Origin: Octopus sinensis
Taxonomy: Eukaryota
Assembly (NCBI RefSeq): GCF_006345805.1
Contig: NC_043001.1
Span: 51,646,001 to 51,710,000 of the forward strand
DNA length: 64,000 nucleotides
Direction: 5' to 3'
Notes under the pieces: generated by a model
Seen by the model: only the letters and a program-made list of their open reading frames with translations
Databases searched by the model: none
Told to the model about the DNA's origin: nothing
Shown: piece by piece, positions 38,911-51,419 of the stretch
Numbering within the stretch: position 1 is the first letter of the stretch
Layout of the letters: each line of letters begins with the position of its first letter
Made by a program: the position numbers and the translations under genes

Positions 38911-40389
38911 GTGTGATTCTCAAGATTAATCGTACCAATTTGTTTTCAAATACAACTTTTATTTGATGAACAGTGCAATTTTTTTCTAAATTCACACAAA
39001 TGATCTAAAGAAACTGACATATTCTACACATGCATACATACTTATACATATAAATATGTCTGTGTGTATTTATGTATGCGTTTGCTTGTTCGAAACTATT
39101 AATATAAATACTATATTGCATGCACACGTCTGTGTAGACTTATAGAGTGGTATAAAGCCAAAATTAACAGTAAATTTCATTGATTTCAGAAACATGCTGT
39201 AAAAGTTGTTTTTAATTATTGTACTAAAAATAAAATCTCTGAAAACAACTTTCAATATCAATTTGTTAATGTAAAATAACATAAATACTGAATGTTTTAA
39301 TGTTAACATAGTCAGGAAAATCTCGTGTCCATCTTGTCATTATATTAATAGACATTCGTCAGCTTCTTTGAAAATAGTAATTTGTTAATACTTTCCAATG
39401 ATTTTCAATCTCAGCACTTTTGGTTATATACTTTAAATCGTTTACTTTTTACTTGTTTCAGTGGTTGGACTGCGGCCATGGAGAGGGGGGGGGGCACTGC
39501 TTTAAAGTGTTATAGTCGAACAAATCAAACCGAGTACTTATTCTGTAGTCTCTTTTCGCCAGCCTGCTAAGTTCCGAGGACTTTCATAAACCACCTCCGG
39601 TCGTCAAGCGGTGGCGCGGGGACAAGCACAAACACACACTCATATAATAATTTGAATACACAACCGAAATAGCTAGTAATAGTTTCATGCTTTTATGATA
39701 CTTTATATTTATCTCTCACAGTATGGAGTACTTTTTTTGTTAATTCTACCTCTGTTGGATCTTTAAACTATCTTTCTCTACATTCATACATAAATACATA
39801 CAAAGATATACATTATACACACACACACACATATATATATATATTACATACACATAGAGACGCAAATATACGAAAAACACAAACATGTTAAAGAACAACA
39901 AAGAGGGCGTGTTGGGTTAACACTCAGGAAAAATAGGAATGAGAGTAAACAGGTGGCGAGAGAATAAATGGAGCGGGGGAAAAACGTGTTTGAATTAATG
40001 GTTACTACATGTTGGACTAACTGGAAAGAAGGAATTGGCTGGAGAATTGGAGGGCAGGGAAGACAACAGTAACCTGGGAAAGCATTTAAAGTTACATATT
40101 TTTAGCCAATGAATTTTAAACCACTGTAGTCACAGCTGAAGTCAAGACTGTTTATTGTTATGGCAATTCTGCTACGTTGATTAATTCTATGGTTGCAAAT
40201 ATTGGAAATGTTGTAGGACACAATGCCGAGAGTCTGCCTCTGTTAGAAAAGACACGTGGTTGGAAAGGAGAACTTTTCCACTTAGAAGTGAGATTTTATT
40301 TATCTACTGCTGAATCAAAGAGTTGACATTGGCAGATTGAAAAACTTTTTATCAGAAGTCTGCGCAGATGATTTTTTCCGTCGTATCTT

Positions 40390-40745
40390 CTTGAGATCGA
40401 AATACACTCGAAGAATGCATTCGTGGATCAATTCTGCGTGGAACAACTATTTACAGTGACCTGTGGCGTGGATACTCGCATATTCCTGAGATACCAGGTT
40501 ACCAATTTCGTCATAGAACAGTGAGCCACAGCGTTGAGTTTATAAACTCTCAGGACAGGACTCATACTCAACAAATAGAAAGTACCTGGGGCCAGTCTTA
40601 AGCGTGGGTATAAACGGTGCTGGGGCACTCATCGTTCTACACTAGACACGTATCTCTACGAGCTTATGTAGCGCCGCAGGTATGAAAAACATGATTCGGT
40701 TCAAAAGATACTGCCGTGCATATTCGATCAATTTCGCTTATTTCA
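40390..40745 (+). mobile_element. Merlin (IS1595/ISXO2-like) transposase C-terminal fragment
   Basis: TLEECIRGSILRGTTIYSDLWRGY..HRTVSHSVEF..HTQQIESTW..YLYELM*RRR. Confidence 0.85.
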
Positions 40746-42299
40746 TAACATTTCGTTACATTGTTTTCTTCTATTAAAGTCCATGTTTTCGTTTCATTTC
40801 GGCTGTTATTTCTAGCGGCAGGTCGAATCTATTTCATCATCGTTTTCTTTCAATTTATTAAAAAAAAACAACTTTTTGTTTGTTTTGTTTTCTTTCATTA
40901 AAGTCTTTAAATAAATTACTCCCTTTTTGTCAGTCTGCTTTCATTAAATTCTTTTTTAAAACAAGCTTATTGAATTTTCAGTTCCCTTTCTTCGTCGGTA
41001 GTCTGTTTGTTGCCATGGCAACTATGGCAGCAAACAGTTTCGACTTCCGCTTATGGCCTCATTTCATCGGCTAAAAAATGCATAATTTTAAATGCTTTTA
41101 CCTTGATAATTATTATTAAAAAAAAAACATCAATACAATATTCACGAAGAGCATGCAAAACTACATTTGTATTGAAAATTTGAAAACAATCCATTGAGAA
41201 ATGAAATATCGTCAAGAGGTTGAAAGGAAACGAAAGAAGTCCTTGGTGTGTGTACATGGGGCTGTTGAATAAAGTGTATGTATGAAGTAAATGTGTGTGT
41301 ATATTCTGTGTTTGTGTGTATATATATATGTGTAATGGCCCTTACATGTGCATGTGAGCTATGTGTATGTTGTAGGAGGATGGAGGTGAGTCGACCTGGA
41401 TGGAAATGTCAGGTGGAACAGGAGTGACAAAGGAAGGTGTTTGGAGGTGATTATATACTTGCTACTGTCAGTGTACGGAAGGAAGTGGAAGTGTAGGCAC
41501 TGGTATATGTGGAGTGGGAAAGAGAGTGTGTGCTTGTATATGGGCGTGGTATATGCAGTAAGGGCAAAATGAGTCAAACAATGTAGAGATAGAGGAGAAA
41601 AGACAGTGGAAGAATTGTGACCATGAACGACTGAGGAATGGAAAGAGAAAAATTATTCCCGTTCGTGACGGTAGTTCGAACACAGACGAATGTTGCAGCA
41701 AATGACCAGTCAAGCAGAAATGGTGCGCGAGCCCGAGGCATCATTTCCGAATCTGATGTTCCGGAAATTTCCAAGAAGCTGGTTAGCTATGTGCCGGCCA
41801 GTTTGACCAATGTAGAAGGAGTGACAGAGAACGCAGTAAATCAAATTGCTGGAACTATAGGTAGGGAGGTAGGGGCAGTGGTGGGTGTCAGCAAGGATAG
41901 TGGTGTTGGAAAGAAAGCGACAGGTGTGGCAGCGTGAGCGAGAGTAGGGGAAGGCGCTAGGATGATTGTCAGGAGCGGGGAAGAAGCTACGGAGCAGTTA
42001 GTCACGAAAATTACGGACAAGTTTGAAGGAAAGGAGGATGGATTAAGGAAGATGTGGGAGGTAAAGGGGTCAGATAGGATTCGGCGAAGAGCAAGTAAAT
42101 TGGTATGTTGGAGGGGGTGGAGATGAGATAAGTAAGTTGGAAAGGGAGCTAGATACATGCTCGAACGGTTTTGTTTGCAATGGTGTGGTGAACCATGTCA
42201 ATTTCTCCCAATGCAGCGAAAGAGATAAGACAGACAAGATACCCTTCAGCATTTTATCCAGTTTGCTAACAAGTCTGCCAAGCTTACCACTTTAATAAT

Positions 42300-42524
42300 A
42301 ATAATAGTTTCAAATTTTGCCACAAGGGCAGCAATTTTGGGGAGGGAGAGGATGAGTCAATTACATCAACCCAAGTGTTTCACTGGTACTTAATTTATCA
42401 ACATCCAAAAGGATGAAAGGGAAAGTTTACCCTGGTAGCATTTGAACTCAGAACGTGAAGACAGATGAAATACTGCTAAGCATTTTGTCTGGCATGCTAA
42501 CGATTCTGCCAGCTCACCACCTTA
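42300..42524 (-). mobile_element. SINE family C, CpG-decayed
   Basis: Colinear with 20150-20392 but almost every CpG reads CpA or TpG. Confidence 0.85.
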
Positions 42525-42565
42525 ATAATAATAATAATAATAATAATAATGCATCAGTTTCAATT

Positions 42566-42571
42566 TTTATT
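42566..42571 (-). promoter_or_regulatory. candidate polyadenylation signal AATAAA
   Basis: ~25 nt downstream of the LRR stop codon on the minus strand; may be chance in AT-rich DNA. Confidence 0.3.
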
Positions 42572-42595
42572 TTTCTGGTTTCTGTAAGAAAATGT

Positions 42596-44362
42596 TTATG
42601 AAGAATAAATAATAAAAATGATGAGTAAATAAGTCACAAGACTGAGTGTAATGCGAGTAGGACTATAATTGACAACTTGTGCTGCCGTTGTTTGGACAAA
42701 GGGCTTATATGAATTGATGGGAGTTCGTACATGAAGGCATTGTACGACTTGTGCATGAGATGACAAGAAAACAGGGTTAACACAAACATAATACAGAGAT
42801 GATGGCTGAAGTTTGTCAATGTATATTGAAGTTTTAAATGCAGGAAAATAGGTGGATTGTTCTCGAAATGCACAGGATGAAGATCTGTTTAAACAAATCC
42901 CTGTCATTGTCCAATAGATCTGTGTCCCACCTTTGAAGGGCCAGCTGATAGTCATAGAAAAAGGTGAAATGTCTGAAAGAGTTAAATTCATTGTGACAAA
43001 TGTAAAACTTTCCTGATTACTAAATCTAAATCCATGAAAACTCTCTAAAGGATTAGAATGGAGATATAGTTTCTCCAGAGATTTTGCACCTATCAAATCA
43101 CTTGGTGTGATGTGTGTCAGTTTATTTCCTGACAAATTCAAAATTCGCAGATTGCGTAATGTCTGAAACACATTCTCTTTAATCACAGATATTCTATTCT
43201 CCGAGACATTAAGTTCTCGAAGATAAACCATACGACGAAACATGCCAGCATGCAGCTCTTTTAAGCGATTATTTTGCAAAAACAAGTAACGAACACTTTC
43301 ACGGAAATTGGCAAATGCATCAGTGTTTATGGATGAAATAAGATTGTCACTAAAATCTGCATAATATATATGGTTGGCACCCATTAATATATTTTTAGGG
43401 AGATATTCAAATTTATTCTTGCGTATGTGAATTTCTCTCAAATTGTCAACTCCTTTAAATGTTTCAAGTTGAAATTCTGATAATAAATTAGTGTTCAAAA
43501 ATAGTTTCCGTAGTTTGGGCAATTTGGTAAATGTATTGGGTTTGATTAAAAATATTTCATTATCATTTAAAGAAAGAATTCTCAAGCTTTTTCCAAATGT
43601 TGATAAAGACTCTGGTTTTAATTCTGAAATTCGATTTCCATCCAAGAACAACTCTTCAAGTTTATCAAGGCCAGCAAATGTGAACATGGCAATTGAATCA
43701 ATTTGATTACTGTTAAGTTGTAAAGTAGTAAGATGCCTCAAATCAAGAAAGCTATAATCAGAAATCTGAAATATTGCATTGTTAGAAGCATCCAGTATAT
43801 GGAGAGACTGCAAACCTCGAAAGCTGTTTTGGTAAATCATTCCAACATTGTTTTTGAAAAGGTATAATCTTTTCAGATTGAGAAGACCAGAAAAGGAATC
43901 ATTACCGATTGTTTCAATATAGTTACATTCCAAATGCAGTTCTTCAAGTTCAGAAAGCCCACTTAGTAAATTAGATTTCAGTTGTGACAACAGGTTTGCT
44001 TGTAAGTTTAATTTGATCAAACTGGTCAGATTACTGAATAAGCCAGGAGTTAATTCCTTAATTTGGTTAACAGCCAAGTTCAGGTGATGAACCTTAGAAA
44101 AGTGCTCAAAAATCTCAGTTGGTACAGTGTTGAGTTTATTCTGGCTAAGATCAATATATCGGGCTTGTCTGGGAATTTTTTCTGCCATTCTCTTTAACAT
44201 ATCAGGTGTAATACCTTGATCATCGCAATAGACATAGTAATCCTGCAAGCACTCACACAACAATGGACAAGTAGTTGCCTGTGTGTGGTTGTTACATGGA
44301 AACAAAATAAACAGTAGGACAATGACCACTGTGTCAGGAATCCACAGCAATACCTTCATCAT
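42596..44362 (-). CDS. extracellular leucine-rich-repeat protein: signal peptide, LRRNT, 16 LRRs, FN3-like domain, C-terminal hydrophobic (GPI-like) tail; single coding exon
   Basis: Uninterrupted ORF; CPLLCECLQDYYVYC cap; regular LxxLxLxxNxI repeats; ISWP..LQPSSLYYVCV..C; ends LSLVTYLLIIFIIYSS*. First in-frame ATG at 44362; the ORF track starts at a GTG right after a splice acceptor. Confidence 0.93.
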   Translation of the reverse strand: MMKVLLWIPDTVVIVLLFILFPCNNHTQATTCPLLCECLQDYYVYCDDQGITPDMLKRMAEKIPRQARYIDLSQNKLNTVPTEIFEHFSKVHHLNLAVNQIKELTPGLFSNLTSLIKLNLQANLLSQLKSNLLSGLSELEELHLECNYIETIGNDSFSGLLNLKRLYLFKNNVGMIYQNSFRGLQSLHILDASNNAIFQISDYSFLDLRHLTTLQLNSNQIDSIAMFTFAGLDKLEELFLDGNRISELKPESLSTFGKSLRILSLNDNEIFLIKPNTFTKLPKLRKLFLNTNLLSEFQLETFKGVDNLREIHIRKNKFEYLPKNILMGANHIYYADFSDNLISSINTDAFANFRESVRYLFLQNNRLKELHAGMFRRMVYLRELNVSENRISVIKENVFQTLRNLRILNLSGNKLTHITPSDLIGAKSLEKLYLHSNPLESFHGFRFSNQESFTFVTMNLTLSDISPFSMTISWPFKGGTQIYWTMTGICLNRSSSCAFREQSTYFPAFKTSIYIDKLQPSSLYYVCVNPVFLSSHAQVVQCLHVRTPINSYKPFVQTTAAQVVNYSPTRITLSLVTYLLIIFIIYSS

Positions 44363-44377
44363 CTTCTTCCATTTCAC

Positions 44378-44400
44378 CTGAAATATAATTTTAAAATATT
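44378..44400 (-). promoter_or_regulatory. 3' splice acceptor preceding the LRR exon
   Basis: Minus strand ..aattatatttcag|GTGAAATGG; the open frame begins exactly after the AG. Confidence 0.7.
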
Positions 44401-45589
44401 TTTAAGTAACTGTTATATGAGGTAAAACAAAGTATCAAATCACAAAAATCGAATAGTTGGATGACAGAAAAAAATTTCCAGGAATGCCTTTTGCATAAAG
44501 AACATGTAGTTAAGTGGATCATTTATGAGGGGCTCAGAGAGGGATTTGAAAGTGTAAAGAAGCTTTGCTTGGAAATTGCTTGATGATATGGAATACAGTT
44601 CAGTTGGGCTATCAACCTATTCATACAATCTTATTAGCAATATACAGGATAATAACAGATTATCTACTCTAGTAGCAGTTGTGCAACACATGTAAATGTA
44701 TGGTGTTAATCTCCAAAATCAAGATTCCTGTAATTATATTATATATTGACCTTTATGATACTTAATATTTACCTGCAGTTTATGTATCACATGGGACTAA
44801 GTGTAGAAGGCCTTATGAAAGAGATGACTAAGGACCAAGATATCTGATGAATTGCTGTACTCAAGAAGACCTTGTCCACCACAGCAGAACTAATACTAGT
44901 GCTGGTTCCACATAAAAAGCACTCATGCTGGTGACACATCAGTAGCACCCAGTACACACTATAAAGAAAGGCATCCAGCCATAGAAACCATGTCTGAACA
45001 AACAATGGAGTCTTGTGTGATCCCTGGCTTTACAAGCTCTAGTCAAATTGTCCAACACATGCCAGCATGGAAAATGGACATTGCATGATAATGATCATGA
45101 TGATATATATACACACACAGGCTGTGTGGTAAGATTTTTGTTTCCCAAACACATGGTTCCAGGTTCAGTCCCACTGTGCGTCACCTTGGGCAAGTGTCTT
45201 CTACAATAGCCTCAGGTCGAGCAAAGCCTTGTGAGTGGATTTGGTAGACAGAAACTGGAAGAAGTCCATCATATATATATGCTTGACAACCGACACTGGT
45301 GTGTTAAGGTCACCTGTGAATTAGTGGTTCAGCAAAAGAGATTGATAGAATAAGTACAGGGGTCAAGTTTTTCAACTACCACCCTTTAACGTGGTGCTCT
45401 AGCATGGCCACAGTCAGAAATGACTGAAACAAGCAAAAGAATAAAAAAAGATCACATTATCTTATATCTGTTTCAAATATTAGACTGCGACCATTCTGGA
45501 GCACCGTCTTCAAGAATTTTTAGTTGAATGAAAGAAACCCAGTATTTTTTTTCTTTTTTATGCCTGGTACTTATTCTGTTGGGCACTTT

Positions 45590-45830
45590 ATGCTACAAAG
45601 GAAGCACAACAAGAAAACTGCATGTACACATTAAGGAACACATGCAGGCAGACACTTCCATGAAGAAACATCTACGGAAATACCAGACCCATGAGTTCAG
45701 TGGGCACATGAAGGCAACACAGCAGAACAAGAGCAACCTTGGAATCTCTGAGGCCATCCTCATACACCAAAAGAAAGCTAACATCAACAATAGAAAAGTG
45801 TTACAGGAATCTAGCTGTAGCAACATCTTC
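45590..45830 (+). mobile_element. decayed PLE GIY-YIG fragment
   Basis: YKGSTTRKLHVHIKEH..SMKKHL..LGISEAILIHQKKANINNRK. Confidence 0.6.
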
Positions 45831-46274
45831 CTACACATGTCCACTCCACACACACGGACATCGGCAACAATTGTCAATTTCTTGAAAATAGGGCCGTAAC
45901 CCCAAAATATCAAATACAAGGTAAGTCTACATTAATTCACATATTTGTTTTCTCATGATTTATCTTGCATTTACTTCGCATTGTTTTGGCCTTACCCATG
46001 ATCCTTTACACAATATATATACATATATATATAGGATGGGCTTCTTTCAGTTTCCATCTAAGAAATCCACTCACAAGGCTTTGGTTAGCCTGAGGCTATA
46101 GAAGACATTTGTCCCATGCAGTGGGACTGAACACTGTGCAATGGGGTTGGGAAGTAAGCCTCTTATTAAACAGCCATGTCTATGACTATATGTGTGTGTA
46201 TGTGAACATATATATATATATATATGTTGAGGCAAGTGAAATCAAAATCAAAATCAAATTCGATGACTGGTATC

Positions 46275-46722
46275 TGTGCTAGTGGAGTGCTAAGAGTACC
46301 ATATGAGTAAGATCATTGCCAGAGCAACAAGCTGGCCTCCGTGCCGATGGCATGTAAAAAACCCCATTCGAGTGTGATTGTTACCTGCGTCGCCTTACTA
46401 GCACTTGTGCTGGTGGCACATGAAAAAACATTCGAGCGAGGTCATTGCCAATGCCATTGCACTGGCTCCTGTGCAGGGGGCACATAAAAAGCACCATTTG
46501 AGTGTGGCCGTTGCCAGTACTGTCTGAGTGGCCCTCGTGCCGGTGGAATGTAAAAGCACCCACTACACTCTCAGAGTAGTTAGTGTTAGCAAGGGCATCC
46601 AGCTGTAGAAACTCTGCCAGATCAGATTGGAGTCTGGTGCAGCCAACTGGTTCGCCAGACCTCAGTCAAATCGTCCAATCCATGCTAGCATAGAAAGTGG
46701 ACGTTAAACGATGATGATGATG
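46275..46722 (+). mobile_element. RTE-tailed SINE-like element (family D) with internal ~60-bp subrepeats and a (GAT)n tail
   Basis: Repeated gtgc..gtggca.gtaaaaagcacc units; aagggcatccagctgtagaaac; catgctagcat..ggacgttaaacgatgatga. Homologues at 54895-55258 and 57003-57250, reverse at 57780, 60780 and 62130. Confidence 0.8.
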
Positions 46723-46855
46723 ATATATATATATGAACAAGCTTATGCACATATAGGTTTCATGTGTATATATATATATATATATATGCCTTTAGGTATG
46801 TGTATGGATATATATACCCGTGTGCATACATGTATGTGTGTGTATATATATATAA

Positions 46856-46886
<31 letters not shown>

Positions 46887-48755
46887 CAAATATTCATTTG
46901 TGTGAAAGTATGTGTAATACGCACACATGTATGCATATGAGCAAGAACGAGGTCCAGTAATGTCACTCATATTTTTTCCCTATAATTAATGTTTTAGATC
47001 CCACTCTCTGCTGTTTCACCCCTTAACATATGTACGACTATATTTTTTATGTCTTTATATATTTAGATATAATTCACACAGATAGGTGCAGGTTTGGTTG
47101 TGTGGTAAGCAATTTGCTTCCCACCCATAAGGGTTTGAGTTCAGTCCCATTGCATGGCACCTTGATCCAGTGTCTTTTACTATAGCCTCAGGCTGAGTAA
47201 AGCCTTATGAAAGGATTTGGTAGATGGAAATTGAAAGAAGCCCACCCTTTTTTGACTGGCACTCAGTCAGTTACAACTACAAGGGTTCCAGATGATCAGA
47301 TAAATGGAACAGCTTGCTCATGAAATTAATTTGCAAGTGACTGAGCACTCCACAGACGCATGTACCTTTAATGTAGTTCTCAGGGAGATTCAGCATGACA
47401 CAGAGTGTGACAAGGAAAGCTCTTTGAATTACAAGTACAACTCATTTTTGCCAGCTGAGTGGACTGGGGCAACGTGAAATAAAGAGTCTTGCTCAAGGAC
47501 ACAGTGTGCTACCAGGAATTGAACTTAATGACTGTGAGCCAAATACCCTAACCACTAAGCCGCCAATGCTTGACAACCTGTGTTGGTTTGTATACATCCC
47601 TGTAACTTAGCAGTTTGGCAAAGGACAATAATAGAATAAGTACCATACTTTAGAAAAAAAAGTAGTGGAGTTGAAGGTTTTAGTTGATAAAATAAGTACC
47701 AGTTGAGCACTGGGGTCAATGTAATCGACTTACTTCCTCCCCACCCAAAATTACTGGCCTTCTGCCAAAACTTGAAACCAATGTTGTCTAAGCTTTGTTC
47801 AGGTCTTATAACAATATGCAGTATTCTTTCCGCTTGGTGCTGTATTAACATTATACAATTTTGTTTAAGTTTTATCTTGTTTGGTCTATATGTATTTGTG
47901 ATGTTAAGTTTATTTTAGTGTTGTTGCTTTTAGATTGTTCGATGTTGTCTGGTATTGTTTTAATGCTAGTCAATGTTGTTTTAGAATTGATTAATGGCGT
48001 TTCAATGACATCCTGTGTTGTAGTAGTTATATTGTTTGGTGTTATTCTTGAAGTATTCAATGAGAGGTACAGCATGGAAATGTAAGGGTAGGATAGGTCA
48101 CCTCCATTTCTTGCCCCAGATACAAATGTGAAGAGCACAAAATTTCCTCTTACTTGTTAAAAATAAGGGCACCAAAACTGTCTTTACCCAGAGGTACTGA
48201 GATTCTTTGTTATCCTGTATTCAGTGACATGTTAGCCTTGTTTTGGTATTATTGTTAGAGTTGATCAATATTGTTTTAGTGTTGGTCAATATTATTTTAG
48301 TATTGCAAGGCAGTGAGCTGGCAGAATTGTTAGCACACTGGGCATAATGCTTATAGGCATTTTGTCCATCTTTATGTTCTGAGTTCAAATTCCACCAAGG
48401 TCAACTTTGCCTTTCATCCTTTCAGGATTGATAAAATAGGTACCAGTTGAGAATTGAGGCTGATATTATCAACTTATCCACTCCTCAGAATTTGCAGGCC
48501 TTGTACCAACATTTGAAACCAATATTATTTTAGTGTTATTCAATAATGTTAAAATGTTACTCAGTGTTATTTTAGAGTTATGTAAGTGTTTATAGGTGTT
48601 TAACTCATAATAAGCTTGCTTCTCAACCACATAGCTCTGAGTTCAATCCTACTGCATGGCACCTTGGGCAAGTGTCTTCTACTATAACCGTGGGTCAATC
48701 AAAGCGTTGTGTGTGGATTTGGTGGCTGAAAACTGAAAGAAGCCCGTCATATATA

Positions 48756-49146
48756 TATGAGGTGATATCAAAAAGTTCCTGGACAAGTTCTGTAGTGGGC
48801 CAACAGATAGCAGAATACAGCAGCATTTGCAGTGAGAGCTAGCAGTGACCACCCTATTCACCAGATTTAGTATCCGCGGATTCCCATCTCTTCCCCAAGA
48901 TGAAAATGCATCTCAAAAGGTCACCGTTTAAACACTGTTGTTGAGATCCAAAGTGAATCACACAAGGTCCTTGACTCGCTTACAGAAAATGACTTCCAGC
49001 CTGGATTCCAAATGTGGCAGGAACACTGGGACCAGTGTATTGCTCCGCAAAGTGACTATTTCAAAGGAAATGATGTTAAAACTTAGGTAAATAACTTATT
49101 CTTTATTAAATATAACTAGTCTGGAAATCTTTTGATACCACCTTGT
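48756..49146 (+). mobile_element. internally deleted mariner (MITE-like) with both TIRs, nested in the (TA)n of a family-B SINE
   Basis: Left ta-tgaggtgatatcaaaaagttcctggac; right gtctggaaatcttttgataccaccttgt; internal HP.YSPDLVSADSHLFPKMKMHLK..W.EHWDQCIA..DYF. Confidence 0.85.
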
Positions 49147-49295
49147 CTGTATATACATATAAACTTCTCTGTGTGTGTTTGTCCCTTGCCACAGCTTGCC
49201 AACCAGTGTTAGTGTGTTTATGTCTGTTTACCTTAGCAGTTAGGCAAAAGAGATCAATACAATAAGCACCAAACTTATAGAAAACAAGTAAAAGA

Positions 49296-49706
49296 TACTC
49301 TTTTACTTGTTTCAGTCATTTGACTGTGGCCATGCTGGAGCATTGCCTTTAAGTTGAGCAAATCGACCCTAGGACTTATTCTTTGTAAGCCTAGTACTTA
49401 TTTTATCAGTCTCTTTTGCGGAACTGCTAAGTTACAGGGAACATAAACACACCAGCATCGGTTGTCAAGCGATGTTGGAGGAGGGGGACAAACATAGACA
49501 CACAAACATACACACACACACACACACATGTGTATATATACATATATACGACAGGCTTCTTTCAGTTTCCGTTCACCAAATCTACTCACAAGGCTTTGGC
49601 TGGCCCGAGGCGATAGTAGAAGACACTTGCCCAAGATGCCATACAGTGGGAGTGAACCCGGAACCATGTCGTTTGTAAGTAAGCTACTTACCACACAGCC
49701 ACTCCT
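49296..49706 (-). mobile_element. SINE family B (young)
   Basis: Full reverse copy. Confidence 0.9.
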
Positions 49707-51419
49707 AAGTGCTGCTCAGTGTTGCTTTAGTGCTATTGTTCAATGATGTAATGTTGTTATGTGTTTCGATTGAATTGAATTGAATTTTGTTTGTGTGTGT
49801 GTGTGTATGTGTGTGTGCGCATGCACCTGAGTGTTAAATAAATTTCCACATTATAAGGTGAAATCAGGCTCAGAGTCAATTTTGTCTTTAGTCCTTATGT
49901 GGTTTGAAATAGGTGTCACCACACACACACACAGACACACACGCGCATGCATATAGTTTTCTATTTTAGATGGTGTACAATATAGGTAACTGTAAATTCA
50001 ATTCAACTAATTCTGTTTATGCGTGAGCTTTAGCAATTTAGCAATGTCGTGAAGGTGATAATGATAAGTGGAAGGGAGACATTTCTGATAAGAGTACAGA
50101 ACTCGTCACTCAAAAGGCAATTTTTACATGCACACACACAATGTGTGGGGAAGAGATACAGAGAGAAAATGTGAGAAAGGGGTAGCATAATTTCTTTTTT
50201 GGAATAAATAAAAAAAAAGGTAGACAACAAACTGAAAGGATCACTCATTTACAGTTTAAGTAAGAATGGGAATGTTACATACAGTCACTCCCCCCAGCCA
50301 CTCAGTAGTAACCAGGCAACAGAAAAGAATGGAGATGGTAGGTGAGGGTATAGTTTATCAAGCTAAAGTTTGACACACAGCCCTGTCCTGCAACAGCCAG
50401 ACTAAGAGAATTATGATATTGCATTAAAGAACAGAGAGAGAAATTCAAGTAAAGGTTTTGTAGTTCTTAGCAAGCTTAGCTAGCTGTAAGGTTAAGAGAA
50501 ATGTGTCAGTCAACAGTTTGGAAGTGTTCTATTGTAGCAACAATCTGAGAAGTGATTTATTATTGTCATTATTTGTTTTATCAGTTAGTCAGGAGGAAAA
50601 GCAATGCTCACGACCTGTTAAAGGACCTCTGAGATTGGTAGGTGGGAGATATATCCTCAAACCAAAGAGCTGGTCTAAATGTTTATAGAAGAAAGGGCTT
50701 CTGAAAGCACCTAAAATGTTAGGTTACGGTATTAAACTGGACAACAGATTAAGTCTAAAACCCAAACAGGCCTTGGCAGAATCTGAACTCACATATCCAG
50801 ACTGTCCTCTTTATAGCACCTCCAGTTCACTGCCCAGGATTTGCACCTTTTTATCAACCCTAAATGAGGATCTCAGTGTGATTTGAACTCAAACTTTTAT
50901 CTTTTACTTGTTTCAGTCATTAGACTGCAGCTATGCTGGATCACTACACCTCAGTCTTTTTTTCTTAAAGTTTGTTACTTATTCTCTCGGTCAGTCTCTT
51001 TTGCTAAACCACTAAAATACAGGGATGTAAACACACCAACACAAGTTGTCAAGCAGAGGTGGGAAACCTACACACACACACACACACACAAAGGATTTAT
51101 TTTAGTTTCTTATCTCTTTATTGCCCACAAGGAGCTAAACATACAGGGGACAAACAAGGACAGACAAAGGGATTAAGTCAATTACATCGACCACAGTACG
51201 TAACTGGTACTTAATTTATTTTTAGCAGGTTGTACCTCTGGAAAACCTAAACCTTGTGTATAACGTCCTTGGTTTGTAAAAATGTATACAGCAACGTCCT
51301 TTATTATTGTACATATAACATAATGCAAACATGTAGCTTTTTTGTGCATTTTGTTTGCAGAAAATGAAGAAATAATAGTAATAACAGTAATAATGTTTAA
51401 TAAATGTTGCTTACTGCAT

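Noticed and set aside
41300-42250. Purine-rich region with ORFs 41638-41937 and 41841-42158
   Set aside because: No recognisable domain; compositional bias explains the open frames. Possibly an old retroelement UTR.
47780-48140. Possible PLE linker fragment (T/N/I-rich minus ORF)
   Set aside because: No diagnostic motif could be read.
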